Source: Deltaproteobacteria bacterium (GTDB lineage: Bacteria > Desulfobacterota > Syntrophia > Syntrophales > Smithellaceae). Taken from it: a stretch of DNA of 26,122 nucleotides. This document shows, in pieces, positions 1 through 8,888 of the stretch. Location: positions 1-26,122 of the forward strand of contig JBBIHZ010000001.1 in assembly GCA_037446735.1 (NCBI GenBank), written 5' to 3'. A program made the translations under genes and the position numbers. Each line of letters starts with the position of its first letter. Within the stretch, counting starts at the first letter, position 1. Below the pieces are notes generated by a model. That model did not search any database and was not told where the DNA came from. It was given only the letters and a program-made list of their open reading frames with translations.

Positions 1-1
1 G

Positions 2-925
2 ATTTTTGACAAAACAGGCACGCTCACGCAGGGGAAATTCGGTGTGACGGATGTGCTTATATTTGATGATCACCTGACGAAAGAAGAAGTGTTGTCATAC
101 GCGGCCTCCATCGAAATGCACTCCGAGCACCCATTGGCCAAGGGTATCGTGGCGGCGGCTGAGAAAAAGATTCATCCGGAAGGTTTTAAAACGCTTCCGG
201 GAAGCGGCGCCCAGGGCAAAGTTAACGGAAAGCTGGTGCAGGTGGTAAGCCCCGCTTACGTAAGCAAAAATATAGCTGAAGAGCAGGATAAAAGAATTGT
301 GCAACTGCAAGCGCAGGGGAAAACAGTAGTTTATGTGCTTATTGAGAGCAAAATCGCGGGAGCAATCGCTTTGGCGGATCTGCTGCGTCCGGAAGCAAAA
401 GACGCGATTGTCCGGTTGCAGAATCAGGGCGTGAAATGCATGATGCTCACCGGCGATAACCGCATGGTGGCCAAATGGGTTTCCGATGAAATAGGACTTG
501 ATGAATATTTTGCCGAAGTTCTGCCGCATCAGAAGGCGCAAAAGGTCAAAGAAGTGCAGTCACGCGGGTATATTGTGGCCATGACCGGTGACGGCATCAA
601 TGACGCGCCCGCGCTGGCGCAGGCCGATGTGGGCATTGCCGTGGGCGCGGGCACGGATGTGGCGATAGAGACGGCGGATATAATTCTCGTGCGTTCCAAC
701 CCGCATGATGTTCTGGGCGTTATCAGTTTGGCCAAGGCCACTTACAGCAAGCTTATTCAAAACCTTATCTGGGCGACGGGTTACAACGTCGTGGCCATAC
801 CGCTGGCCGCCGGCGTTCTTTACAACGCGGGAATTGTCATCAGCCCCGCTATCGGCGCGGTTTTAATGTCTTTAAGCACTGTTATTGTGGCCATCAACGC
901 GCGCCTGCTGAAAATAAATAATTAA
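2..925 (+). CDS. copB: Heavy-metal P1B-type ATPase, CopB/P1B-3-like copper exporter (5'-truncated by window)
   Basis: The frame starting at nt 2 reads IFDKTGTLTQG (phosphorylation motif). It also has SEHPL, MLTGDN, MTGDGINDAP, and the TM signatures GYNVVAIP and MSLST typical of P1B-3. The N-terminus and CPx motif lie outside the window. Confidence 0.88.
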   Translation: MFDKTGTLTQGKFGVTDVLIFDDHLTKEEVLSYAASIEMHSEHPLAKGIVAAAEKKIHPEGFKTLPGSGAQGKVNGKLVQVVSPAYVSKNIAEEQDKRIVQLQAQGKTVVYVLIESKIAGAIALADLLRPEAKDAIVRLQNQGVKCMMLTGDNRMVAKWVSDEIGLDEYFAEVLPHQKAQKVKEVQSRGYIVAMTGDGINDAPALAQADVGIAVGAGTDVAIETADIILVRSNPHDVLGVISLAKATYSKLIQNLIWATGYNVVAIPLAAGVLYNAGIVISPAIGAVLMSLSTVIVAINARLLKINN

Positions 926-1088
926 TCTTAAAAAGTATTTAAAGGCGGCGCGCCAGAAGCCAGTGAAGCTTACGGAGATAAAATTTTGTTGTTGACTTAA
1001 AGCGCCAATTAATCGTAGAAAAGCAAAATTTCATGTATCATTAAGTAAATAATAGAATGAATCTATGGTATAAAGAAGGGAGATTATT

Positions 1089-1676
1089 ATGGAAAAGTAT
1101 TTGTTCATGAAGAAAGTTATTGAAGCGATTTCAGAGGGGGAATTTTTCAGAAAAGCGTTTGCCATATTTTTGCGTGTGTTGGCGCTGGTTATTACAATCT
1201 CCGGCTTGGTGGCCTGGGTAGTTATCTGGAAATCTATTTCCGGTGATAACGTGCAGACTATCGCCGGCGTGGTCATATTTCAGCTTTTGTTTATTTTTGC
1301 GATTTATATGGTGGTGCATGCACTTCTTATGCGCGCGAATGATATATCGGCGCTTCCGGATGGGGACTACACGGTTATACCTATCGCCTCCGTTTTCTTC
1401 AAGCTCTGCGGAGAAGTATATGCCGCTTTTGGAGTGGTCATCTCCCTGGCCGGTGGAATATTAATCTGGTTCATCGGCGGTAACGCTTTTTATTTCATCA
1501 GAAAAGTATCGATATTCAAACACGGCTACGGCGCGGGATCGGATTTTTTGGGCGGACTTACTTTTATTGTCGGGGGCTGGCTGGTTGCCTTTTTCGTGCT
1601 GGTTGTTTTTTACTTCCTGTCTGAAGCGGTGGTGGTCATGGCGGATATCGCCAGAAACACCAAAAAGGGCAGGTAA
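1089..1676 (+). CDS. Hypothetical integral membrane protein (~4 TM helices)
   Basis: 195-aa ORF with RBS AAGGGAG upstream and four long hydrophobic segments. No family confidently recognised. Confidence 0.75.
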   Translation: MEKYLFMKKVIEAISEGEFFRKAFAIFLRVLALVITISGLVAWVVIWKSISGDNVQTIAGVVIFQLLFIFAIYMVVHALLMRANDISALPDGDYTVIPIASVFFKLCGEVYAAFGVVISLAGGILIWFIGGNAFYFIRKVSIFKHGYGAGSDFLGGLTFIVGGWLVAFFVLVVFYFLSEAVVVMADIARNTKKGR

Positions 1677-1679
1677 TCT

Positions 1680-1708
1680 TTGACAACTATACCAACTTAA
1701 AGTAGCAA
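1680..1708 (+). promoter_or_regulatory. Candidate sigma70 promoter upstream of thioesterase
   Basis: TTGACA (1680-1685), 17-nt spacer, TAGCAA (1703-1708); weak -10. Confidence 0.35.
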
Positions 1709-1724
1709 GAAATAAAATAAATTG

Positions 1725-1783
1725 AAAAGCGTGTTCACGATGTAGTCTAAAAAATTTGCTTATTTCGTGAACACGCTTTTTTT
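1725..1783 (+). terminator. Perfect 16-bp inverted repeat with 24-nt loop and T-tract (terminator/attenuator-like)
   Basis: AAAAGCGTGTTCACGA (1725-1740) is the exact reverse complement of TCGTGAACACGCTTTT (1765-1780). T7 run at 1777-1783. Confidence 0.55.
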
Positions 1784-1798
1784 ATGGAGTAATTGTCT

Positions 1799-2233
1799 AT
1801 GTCGGAAAAAAATCATTATCAAAAACTGGAAAGCCTGATGCACTCAGCGCCGATTGTTCAGCTTGTCGGAGCACGGGTGAAAATAAGCCGGGCGCAGGCG
1901 GAAATAATCTTGCCGGTAAAGCATAAACTCTTTCATGCCGCGGGATCGCTGCACGGCGCCATGTATTTTCTGGCGCTTGACAACGCCGCTTTTTTCGCCG
2001 TGAATTCCCTGGTCGAAGACGTTTTTGTGCTTACGGTAAGTTTTAATATCTACTTTATGCGTCCTATTTCTGAAGGCGTTATCCGTGCCATGGGAAAAGT
2101 TGTCAATTCATCAAAAACGCAATATTGGGCCGAATCCGTACTATATGATGATACTGATAGAGAAATTGGCAGGGGCAGCGGCGTTTTCGTGAAAAGCAGA
2201 ATAAAACTGTCGCCGGAAATCGGTTATCAATAG
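1799..2233 (+). CDS. PaaI-family (hotdog-fold) acyl-CoA thioesterase
   Basis: GSLHGAMYFLALDNAAFFA matches the HGG...D active-site helix; also SFNIYFMRP. ATG 1799 preferred because of GGAG at 1786-1789 (track start 1793). Confidence 0.85.
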   Translation: MSEKNHYQKLESLMHSAPIVQLVGARVKISRAQAEIILPVKHKLFHAAGSLHGAMYFLALDNAAFFAVNSLVEDVFVLTVSFNIYFMRPISEGVIRAMGKVVNSSKTQYWAESVLYDDTDREIGRGSGVFVKSRIKLSPEIGYQ

Positions 2234-2290
2234 GATAAAGCTCCATAACAAAAAGGGGTCTTAGGAGAACTTATCCAAGGATTAAATTTT

Positions 2291-2321
2291 ACCTTTTTCG
2301 TGCAAGAAAGGGTTGTTTTTT
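2291..2321 (+). terminator. Possible weak intrinsic terminator after thioesterase
   Basis: Bulged stem ACCTTTTTC-gtgcaa-GAAAGGGT followed by TGTTTTTT. Confidence 0.3.
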
Positions 2322-2350
2322 CAGCAAAATTTCTAATTATTCAATTTATT

Positions 2351-2385
2351 CACAAATTGACACATACTGCCATTTGTGTTACCTA
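2351..2385 (+). promoter_or_regulatory. Candidate promoter of the IID-HPr-EI unit with flanking inverted repeat
   Basis: TTGACA at 2357-2362; poor -10 (TACCTA, 2380-2385). CACAAAT (2351-2357) and ATTTGTG (2372-2378) form a 7-14-7 inverted repeat. Confidence 0.35.
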
Positions 2386-2441
2386 AAGTGGCCGTGCCGC
2401 ATTGCATAAGTACCTAAATAGATTATTTAAGTTGGCAAGTA

Positions 2442-3197
2442 GTGAAAAAATCAACTTTAGCCAGAATTTTGCTGCGATCTTTTTTTATTCACGCGGCATT
2501 GAATTTTCGGCGAATGCAGAATTTGGGTTTTTCTTTTGCGATAATTCCGCTGATTTACGCCTGTAAATTGGATAAAAAAGACGCCCAGGCGCTGCTGGCC
2601 AGGCATTTGCAGATGTATAACAGCCACCCCTATTTTTCCGCGCCTTTGCTCGGCTCGGTTATACGTCTTGAAGAAGACAAAATCGGGAAGGATGACGCAT
2701 CCGAAGTGCTGGCCGTAAAAAACGGGTTGATGGGGCCTTATGCCGCCATTGGTGATACTTTTTTCTGGGGCGCGCTGAGGCCCTTTGCCGGTATTATCGC
2801 CTTTGTTTTGGCGCTGGCCGGAGTGGTTGTGGCGCCTTTGGCTTTTTTGCTGGTTTATACGCCGCCGCATCTTTTTGTGCGGATTAAAGGATTTATGGAG
2901 GGATACAGAAGAGGGAAGCAAGGTATGGAATTTATCCGCGCGCTTAATCTGCCGCGTATCACTTCCATTATTCGCTGGTTCTCCCTGGTGATTATTGCCG
3001 TATTCGCGGTTTGGCTGTCTTACGCCGAGTATTCGTCCATTCTTAATGCATACGGTATTGTTATGGCGGTGGCTTCAATCATCGTTGTTTTGCTTTTTTA
3101 CTTTTTAATTAAAAAAGGATTGTCGCAGATTTATATTATTTACGGGGTAGTTGCAGTTTTTTTTATAATTACTTCACTCAGAGAAATGGTTAATTGA
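2442..3197 (+). CDS. PTS mannose/fructose/sorbose-family IID component
   Basis: NFRRMQNLGF (cf. NYERMQ..GF), HLQMYNSHP (cf. HLEFFNTHP) and MGPYAAIGDTFFW (cf. MGPLAGIGD..FW). Confidence 0.88.
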   Translation: MKKSTLARILLRSFFIHAALNFRRMQNLGFSFAIIPLIYACKLDKKDAQALLARHLQMYNSHPYFSAPLLGSVIRLEEDKIGKDDASEVLAVKNGLMGPYAAIGDTFFWGALRPFAGIIAFVLALAGVVVAPLAFLLVYTPPHLFVRIKGFMEGYRRGKQGMEFIRALNLPRITSIIRWFSLVIIAVFAVWLSYAEYSSILNAYGIVMAVASIIVVLLFYFLIKKGLSQIYIIYGVVAVFFIITSLREMVN

Positions 3198-3463
3198 TAG
3201 AAACGAGAACTTATAAATTAAAAAATAAATTGGGAATGCATGCGAGGGCGGCGGCTTCTTTTGTTAAAGTGGCAGAAAAGTTTAACTCTAAGATTGATGT
3301 CGCGCACAACAGCGAAACAGCCGACGGTAAAAGCATTCTGGGTATTCTTACGCTTGCCTGCCCGTATGAAGGCGAGTTGACCATCAGGGCGCAGGGCGAT
3401 GACGCCGCAGCCGCGCTGAAAGCTCTGGGAGAGTTGATTGAAAATAAATTTGGAGAAGAATAA
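3194..3463 (+). CDS. ptsH: Phosphocarrier protein HPr
   Basis: GMHARAA (His15 motif) and DGKSILGILTLA (Ser46 motif). The TTG start overlaps the IID stop (TTGA). Confidence 0.95.
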   Translation: MIETRTYKLKNKLGMHARAAASFVKVAEKFNSKIDVAHNSETADGKSILGILTLACPYEGELTIRAQGDDAAAALKALGELIENKFGEE

Positions 3464-3469
3464 AAGAAG

Positions 3470-5308
3470 ATGAGTCCAGATCAGGCAAAAAAAACATTCG
3501 CTCTTAAAGGTTTAGGGGTATCGCCGGGTGTTGTTATCGGTAAGGCTTATTTGTTTGATCCGCTCGATACGAATGTTTCCTTCTATAAATTGAAGAAGTT
3601 GTCTTCGATTCCCAAGGAAATAGACAGATTCAAAGAGGCGCTCAAAGAATCGGAGAAGCAGCTTTTGGAAATCCAGGGTAAGCTGAAAAAATCCGGCATC
3701 AACGAACCGCTCTATATTATTGACGTTCATATTTTGATACTGAAAGACAAAAAATTTGTGAACCGGACGATTAAATATATCCGGCGCATGGGCATCAACG
3801 CGGAGTGGGCGCTGCGGCTGACGCTTGATCATTACAAGGAAATCTTCGAACAGGTAAGCGATGCCTACATTCGTGACCGTATGAGCGACATCGAGTACGT
3901 GGGCCAGAGAGTGCTGCGTAATCTCACCGGAGAAAAGAGGGAAATCGTTCTGGATATCGGCGGGCAGGTGATAGTTGTCGCGCCCGATTTGTCGCCCGCG
4001 GATACGGCCCAGATGAAAATGGATAAAGTTATAGGTTTTGCCACGGATATCGGCGGCCGCACCTCGCACACGGCCATTGTTTCGCGCGCGATGGAGCTTC
4101 CCGCCGTAGCCGGTCTGGGAAATATCACCCAAGTGGTGAAAACGGGCGATGAGATAATAGTTGACGGTATTTCCGGCGTGGTCATCGTCAATCCGTATCC
4201 GGAAGTGATTAAGAGATACGAGGAAAAAAGACTCCACTACTCGGCGATAGACGATGAGAACATGAAATACGCGAAGTTACCCGCCGAAACGAAAGACAGA
4301 TATCTGTTGCAGATAGGAGGCAATATTGAATTTGTCGAGGAAATACCTTCGGCGGTGGCACACGGCGCGGAGCATATCGGACTGTATCGCACGGAATTTA
4401 TCTATATAAGCCGTCATGATCTGCCTTCGGAAGAGGAGCACCTTAACAATTATTTGCAGGTGGTAAAATCCAAAGATCTGCGCTGGGCGACAATAAGGAC
4501 ATTCGATCTGGGCGGAGATAAGATCGCGCCGGATCAGAGGCATGTTAAGGAACTCAATCCACAAATGGGACTGCGGGCTATCCGTTACTGCCTTAAGGAA
4601 GTTGAACTTTTCAAAACACAGCTCAGGGCTATCTGGAGCGCCAGCGCTTCAGGGAAGGTACGTATTTTGTTTCCGATGATTTCCGGCGTGGAAGAGATCA
4701 GACAGGCAAAGAAACTTTTACAGGAAACAAAAGATGAACTGCTCGCCAAAGGAGTGGAAATCGCGCCGCAAATGGAAGTTGGAGCGATGATCGAAGTGCC
4801 CGCGGCGGTGGAGATCGCCGACCAACTGGCGCGGGAAGTCGATTTTTTCAGCATTGGCACAAATGACCTGACACAGTACGCGTTGGCGATTGACCGGGCC
4901 AACGAAAGATTGACTTATTTATATGAACCTTTGCATCCGGCGATTTTAAAGATGATTAAAAAAGTGGTTACCGCGGCGCATGAGGCGAAAATCACCGTGG
5001 CCATGTGCGGAGAAATGGCCGGCGATCCTCTCTATGTGCTCGTACTTCTCGGGCTGCAACTGGATGAATTAAGCATGAATCACCTGGCAATTCCCCGCAT
5101 TAAGAGGATAATCCGCCAGGCAACTGTTACTGAATCAAAAGAACTGCTGGAGAAAGCGCTGTCTTTTAACACCGCCCAGGAAGTGCGCAGCCATGTCCAG
5201 GAATACATGCTCAAGAGGTTTCCGAGTGAATTTCAATGTGATGATGAACAAAATGTATTGTCAAATCATAAAAAAGGATCTCCCGCGAAACTCAATTGCC
5301 GGAGTTGA
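3470..5308 (+). CDS. ptsI: PEP-protein phosphotransferase, PTS enzyme I
   Basis: GGRTSHTAI (phospho-His), GLYRTEF, RTFDLGGDK, NPQMGLRAIR, FFSIGTNDLTQY, MCGEMAGD. No N-terminal GAF domain. Confidence 0.95.
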   Translation: MSPDQAKKTFALKGLGVSPGVVIGKAYLFDPLDTNVSFYKLKKLSSIPKEIDRFKEALKESEKQLLEIQGKLKKSGINEPLYIIDVHILILKDKKFVNRTIKYIRRMGINAEWALRLTLDHYKEIFEQVSDAYIRDRMSDIEYVGQRVLRNLTGEKREIVLDIGGQVIVVAPDLSPADTAQMKMDKVIGFATDIGGRTSHTAIVSRAMELPAVAGLGNITQVVKTGDEIIVDGISGVVIVNPYPEVIKRYEEKRLHYSAIDDENMKYAKLPAETKDRYLLQIGGNIEFVEEIPSAVAHGAEHIGLYRTEFIYISRHDLPSEEEHLNNYLQVVKSKDLRWATIRTFDLGGDKIAPDQRHVKELNPQMGLRAIRYCLKEVELFKTQLRAIWSASASGKVRILFPMISGVEEIRQAKKLLQETKDELLAKGVEIAPQMEVGAMIEVPAAVEIADQLAREVDFFSIGTNDLTQYALAIDRANERLTYLYEPLHPAILKMIKKVVTAAHEAKITVAMCGEMAGDPLYVLVLLGLQLDELSMNHLAIPRIKRIIRQATVTESKELLEKALSFNTAQEVRSHVQEYMLKRFPSEFQCDDEQNVLSNHKKGSPAKLNCRS

Positions 5309-5369
5309 ATATTCATTAATTTACATGCCGCAGAAGTGCGTGTTTTTTAAAATTATCTAAAAATTATTT

Positions 5370-7997
5370 ATGGTTGATAAATCAAAAAAAGTAAAAAGAT
5401 ATCTGGATAGTAAATTTTATTCCGGACGTATTTACGCAAAGCAGGATTTTCTACGTTTTCAGCTCGCGAAGATATTTCTTTCGCGCATATCCATAGCCGA
5501 TGAATATGTGGAATCGATAAAGGAACTGGCCACGCGCGGCGTCGTTGTTTACGCGCTCAAACAGCGCAGTAAGCTTAACAGCCTGATCATTTATGAAATG
5601 GCGGGAAGAAAAGGGATGCCGCAGCCGGTTTACGGGCACGGCATGAACATGTCTTTCTGGCAGCCTTTCCCAAAGATGATCAAGTTTTTCTGGTTTTCCT
5701 TTTTTCGCCACTTAATCAGCAAGAAAAGAGCATGGGCGGGAAAGCTGACTTATCTCAAAGCTATTGTTCGCGAAAAAAACAGCATTATCATTCATCTGGG
5801 AGAGTCCGAATTTATTGAAAACAAAACAGCGGAAAGCGGAATCGCCAGCCTGATAAACGTGCAGAAAAACGCAGATTTTCCGATATTCATTGTGCCTGTG
5901 CTAATTTCGTACGGCAGGCGCAGAGAAAAGGAAGATGAAAGCATAATCAATATTCTTTTCGGCCAGACGGAACATACCGGAGCGATCCGTCGTTTAATCA
6001 CGTTTATACGCTACGCCAACAAGGCTTTTATGATTCCTTCCGAGCCCGTAAACCTTGCGGAATATTTGAACATATGCGGTGAAAATACCCCGCAGGAGAC
6101 AATAATACACGATCTGCGCGGAGAGCTCGTTGACCGCATTGAAAAAGAGAAAACAGCGGTAGTCGGTCCTGTTTTGAAATCGAAAGATGAAATTATCGGC
6201 ATGGTCATGAATGACGAAAATTTGCGAAAATTCATATCTGATTATGCCCGCCGCCATAAGAAAGACAAGAGCAAGGTTATAAGACAGGCGCAAAGTCATC
6301 TATATGAAATCGCCGCGGACTACAGCGAAACCATGATTCAGATATTATTGAGGCTGCTTACCTGGCTATGGAACAATATTTATGACGGACTTGTTGTGGA
6401 TAATGAAGGATTGGCCAAGCTGCGCAATATTTCCAAAAAAATGCCTTTTGTCGTTATCCCGTGCCACCGCTCCCATATCGATTATCTGATATTTTCCTAT
6501 GTCCTCTACGTGAATAATATCCAGCTTACCTTTATCGCGGCGGGCGATAATTTAACGTTTTTTCCGATGGGTTACATTTTCCGCAAATCCGGAGCTTTTT
6601 TCATGCGGCGGAGTTTCCGCGACGATGAACTTTATTCCGAGGTTTTCACCAAATATATAGCTATTCTACTCAAGGAGGATTTCCCGCTGGAGTTTTTTAT
6701 TGAAGGCGGACGCAGCAGAACCGGTAAAATGGTCATGCCTAAATACGGTCTTCTGTCCATGGTGATACAGGCGCTGCAGGATAAGTATTGTGAAAATTTT
6801 GCCGCCATTCCCGTTTACCTCGGCTATGACCGCATTATTGAAGAAAAATCATATTTGAAGGAACTGGCTGGGGCGCCCAAGAAAGCGGAGAACGCCGCAG
6901 AGATAATCAAGACGAGCAAAATACTGCGCAAGCGTTTCGGGCGCGTATATCTGAATATCGGCGAACCGATAATTATGAAAGAATATCTTGCCGCACAGGA
7001 AAAGCCCATTGAAAAAATGACGCTTGACGAAAGGCAGGCGCTATACAGAAAAATCGGCTACGAGATTGTGCTGAAGATAAATGAAGTATCCGTGGTCACG
7101 CCTTTTGCCCTTGTGGCCGCGGTTATCCTGAGTCATTATCGGCGGGGAATTTCCCATGATGAGTTGATGGACAATCTTAATGAATTCTATGAATATCTGC
7201 TGATGAAAAAAGTAAAATTAGCGGCAACCTTCGCCAGCCGGGAAAAAGCAATTACTGACGCGATAAACATGCTGACGCAGTCTAATCTCATCACGAAATT
7301 TGGCGCGGAAGAAGAGGAAGACGAAGAATTTCAGGAAGTGGTGTATTCGCTGGATGAAGACAAAAGATTGTATCTGGAATATTATAAAAACAACGTCTTG
7401 CATTTCTTCGTGCCGATTTGCTTTGTCGCGACTTCGATGATTAAGAGCAACGAGGACATAATTCCCCTGAGCCGAGTGCTGGGTGATTACAAATTTCTCA
7501 AAAGACTTTTGTGGAATGAATTCATTTTTGATGAAAAAACAGATGATGTTGAAGAGGTAAACGGCGTAATGGAATACCTCTATAACAGGAAAATGATAAA
7601 TGTAGAGGAACGTGAAGACGGCGCGTGGATAGAAATTAAGGGTCGCGGCAGAATGAAGCTTAGAGCTTTTGCCGGACTGATTCACAATTATCTGGAATCA
7701 TACTGGGTGGTGGTAAAAAGCTGCTCTTATTTAAAGAAGAAACCCCTTGATGAGAAGGAATGGCTCAAGAAAATCAAAATATTGGCTGATCGCCTTTATC
7801 GGAAGGGCGAAGTAATGCGCAAAGAGGCTCTATCCCAGGTTAACTACGCCAATATGATGAGATTTATGCAGGACGCGGAGCTGATTTCCGCCATTTCCAA
7901 AGAAGCTAAAGGCAGCAAGAAAGAAAAAGTTTATTCGCTCACCGAAAACAGGGCGGAGATGGAAGTGCTGCGCCGCCGCCTGTTCAAATTTCTCTAA
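5370..7997 (+). CDS. plsB: PlsB-like glycerol-3-phosphate acyltransferase
   Basis: CHRSHIDY (HxxxxD), AAGDNL, GAFFMRRSF and FFIEGGRSRTGK blocks; 875 aa, PlsB-like length. Confidence 0.85.
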   Translation: MVDKSKKVKRYLDSKFYSGRIYAKQDFLRFQLAKIFLSRISIADEYVESIKELATRGVVVYALKQRSKLNSLIIYEMAGRKGMPQPVYGHGMNMSFWQPFPKMIKFFWFSFFRHLISKKRAWAGKLTYLKAIVREKNSIIIHLGESEFIENKTAESGIASLINVQKNADFPIFIVPVLISYGRRREKEDESIINILFGQTEHTGAIRRLITFIRYANKAFMIPSEPVNLAEYLNICGENTPQETIIHDLRGELVDRIEKEKTAVVGPVLKSKDEIIGMVMNDENLRKFISDYARRHKKDKSKVIRQAQSHLYEIAADYSETMIQILLRLLTWLWNNIYDGLVVDNEGLAKLRNISKKMPFVVIPCHRSHIDYLIFSYVLYVNNIQLTFIAAGDNLTFFPMGYIFRKSGAFFMRRSFRDDELYSEVFTKYIAILLKEDFPLEFFIEGGRSRTGKMVMPKYGLLSMVIQALQDKYCENFAAIPVYLGYDRIIEEKSYLKELAGAPKKAENAAEIIKTSKILRKRFGRVYLNIGEPIIMKEYLAAQEKPIEKMTLDERQALYRKIGYEIVLKINEVSVVTPFALVAAVILSHYRRGISHDELMDNLNEFYEYLLMKKVKLAATFASREKAITDAINMLTQSNLITKFGAEEEEDEEFQEVVYSLDEDKRLYLEYYKNNVLHFFVPICFVATSMIKSNEDIIPLSRVLGDYKFLKRLLWNEFIFDEKTDDVEEVNGVMEYLYNRKMINVEEREDGAWIEIKGRGRMKLRAFAGLIHNYLESYWVVVKSCSYLKKKPLDEKEWLKKIKILADRLYRKGEVMRKEALSQVNYANMMRFMQDAELISAISKEAKGSKKEKVYSLTENRAEMEVLRRRLFKFL

Positions 7998-8088
7998 AAG
8001 AGGCCTTTTCCTTCAATAAACGTTGTTTAGGATTATTTAAGTATATGGTTGTTTCATATATACAGGCAAACCAGCGCGAAAAAAAATA

Positions 8089-8856
8089 ATGGAAAAAAGA
8101 AACACGAAAACGAAAGACACACGACTTTTCCGCCATATGAAAAAATGGCTGGAAAGAGCCGTTATCGATTACGGAATGATCGAAAGGGGAGACACATTGC
8201 TGGTAGGATTATCCGGCGGAGCGGACAGCTATGCTCTCTTGGATTTGCTTGATTCGCCGATGGTATTTGTGCCCGATTTTTCCTTTATCGCCGTAAATAT
8301 TGACATGGGATTTGATGAATCTTACAAGGCCTACAATTCGCTGGAAAAATATTTAAGCGAAAATAATTACCGCTATGTGCTGGAGAAAACAAATATCGGG
8401 CCCCTGGCGCATTCCGGTTTTAACAAAAAAAATCCGTGTTTTTTGTGCTCACGACTGAGGCGAAAGCGAATATTTGAAATTGCCGCCGAACACGGGTGCA
8501 ATAAAATCGCTTTCGCGCATCACCGCGATGATGTAATTGAGACCTTGCTGATAAATATTTTTTTCGGCAGGGAAATCAGCACCATGGTTCCCAACCAAAG
8601 CATTTTCAGCGGAAAAATGAATATTATCAGGCCGCTGATTTATCTGCGGGAAGACATTGTAAAAAAATACTGTTGGGAAAGGCAGTTTCCCTTTGTCGAA
8701 AACGAGTGCCCGACCAGCAAAACTTCCAAAAGAATATATGTGAAAAATTTGTTGGATGATCTTTCCAAAGACCATAAAAAAATACGGGATAACATTTTCA
8801 GGGCGATGAGCCATGTAAAACCGGATTATTTACTGCCTTTGTCAAAAAAGATATAG
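8089..8856 (+). CDS. ttcA: TtcA/TtuA-family PP-loop tRNA thiolation enzyme
   Basis: PP-loop SGGADS, CFLCSRLRR, HHRDD.IET, IIRPL and ECP. Exact target nucleoside uncertain. Confidence 0.8.
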   Translation: MEKRNTKTKDTRLFRHMKKWLERAVIDYGMIERGDTLLVGLSGGADSYALLDLLDSPMVFVPDFSFIAVNIDMGFDESYKAYNSLEKYLSENNYRYVLEKTNIGPLAHSGFNKKNPCFLCSRLRRKRIFEIAAEHGCNKIAFAHHRDDVIETLLINIFFGREISTMVPNQSIFSGKMNIIRPLIYLREDIVKKYCWERQFPFVENECPTSKTSKRIYVKNLLDDLSKDHKKIRDNIFRAMSHVKPDYLLPLSKKI

Positions 8857-8888
8857 AAATCTTTTAAGTTTAATGTGAAACTGCGGAT

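Noticed and set aside
976-1000. GGAG followed by a tiny TTG-initiated ORF (MLLT) after copB
   Set aside because: Four codons with no supporting attenuator structure; likely chance.
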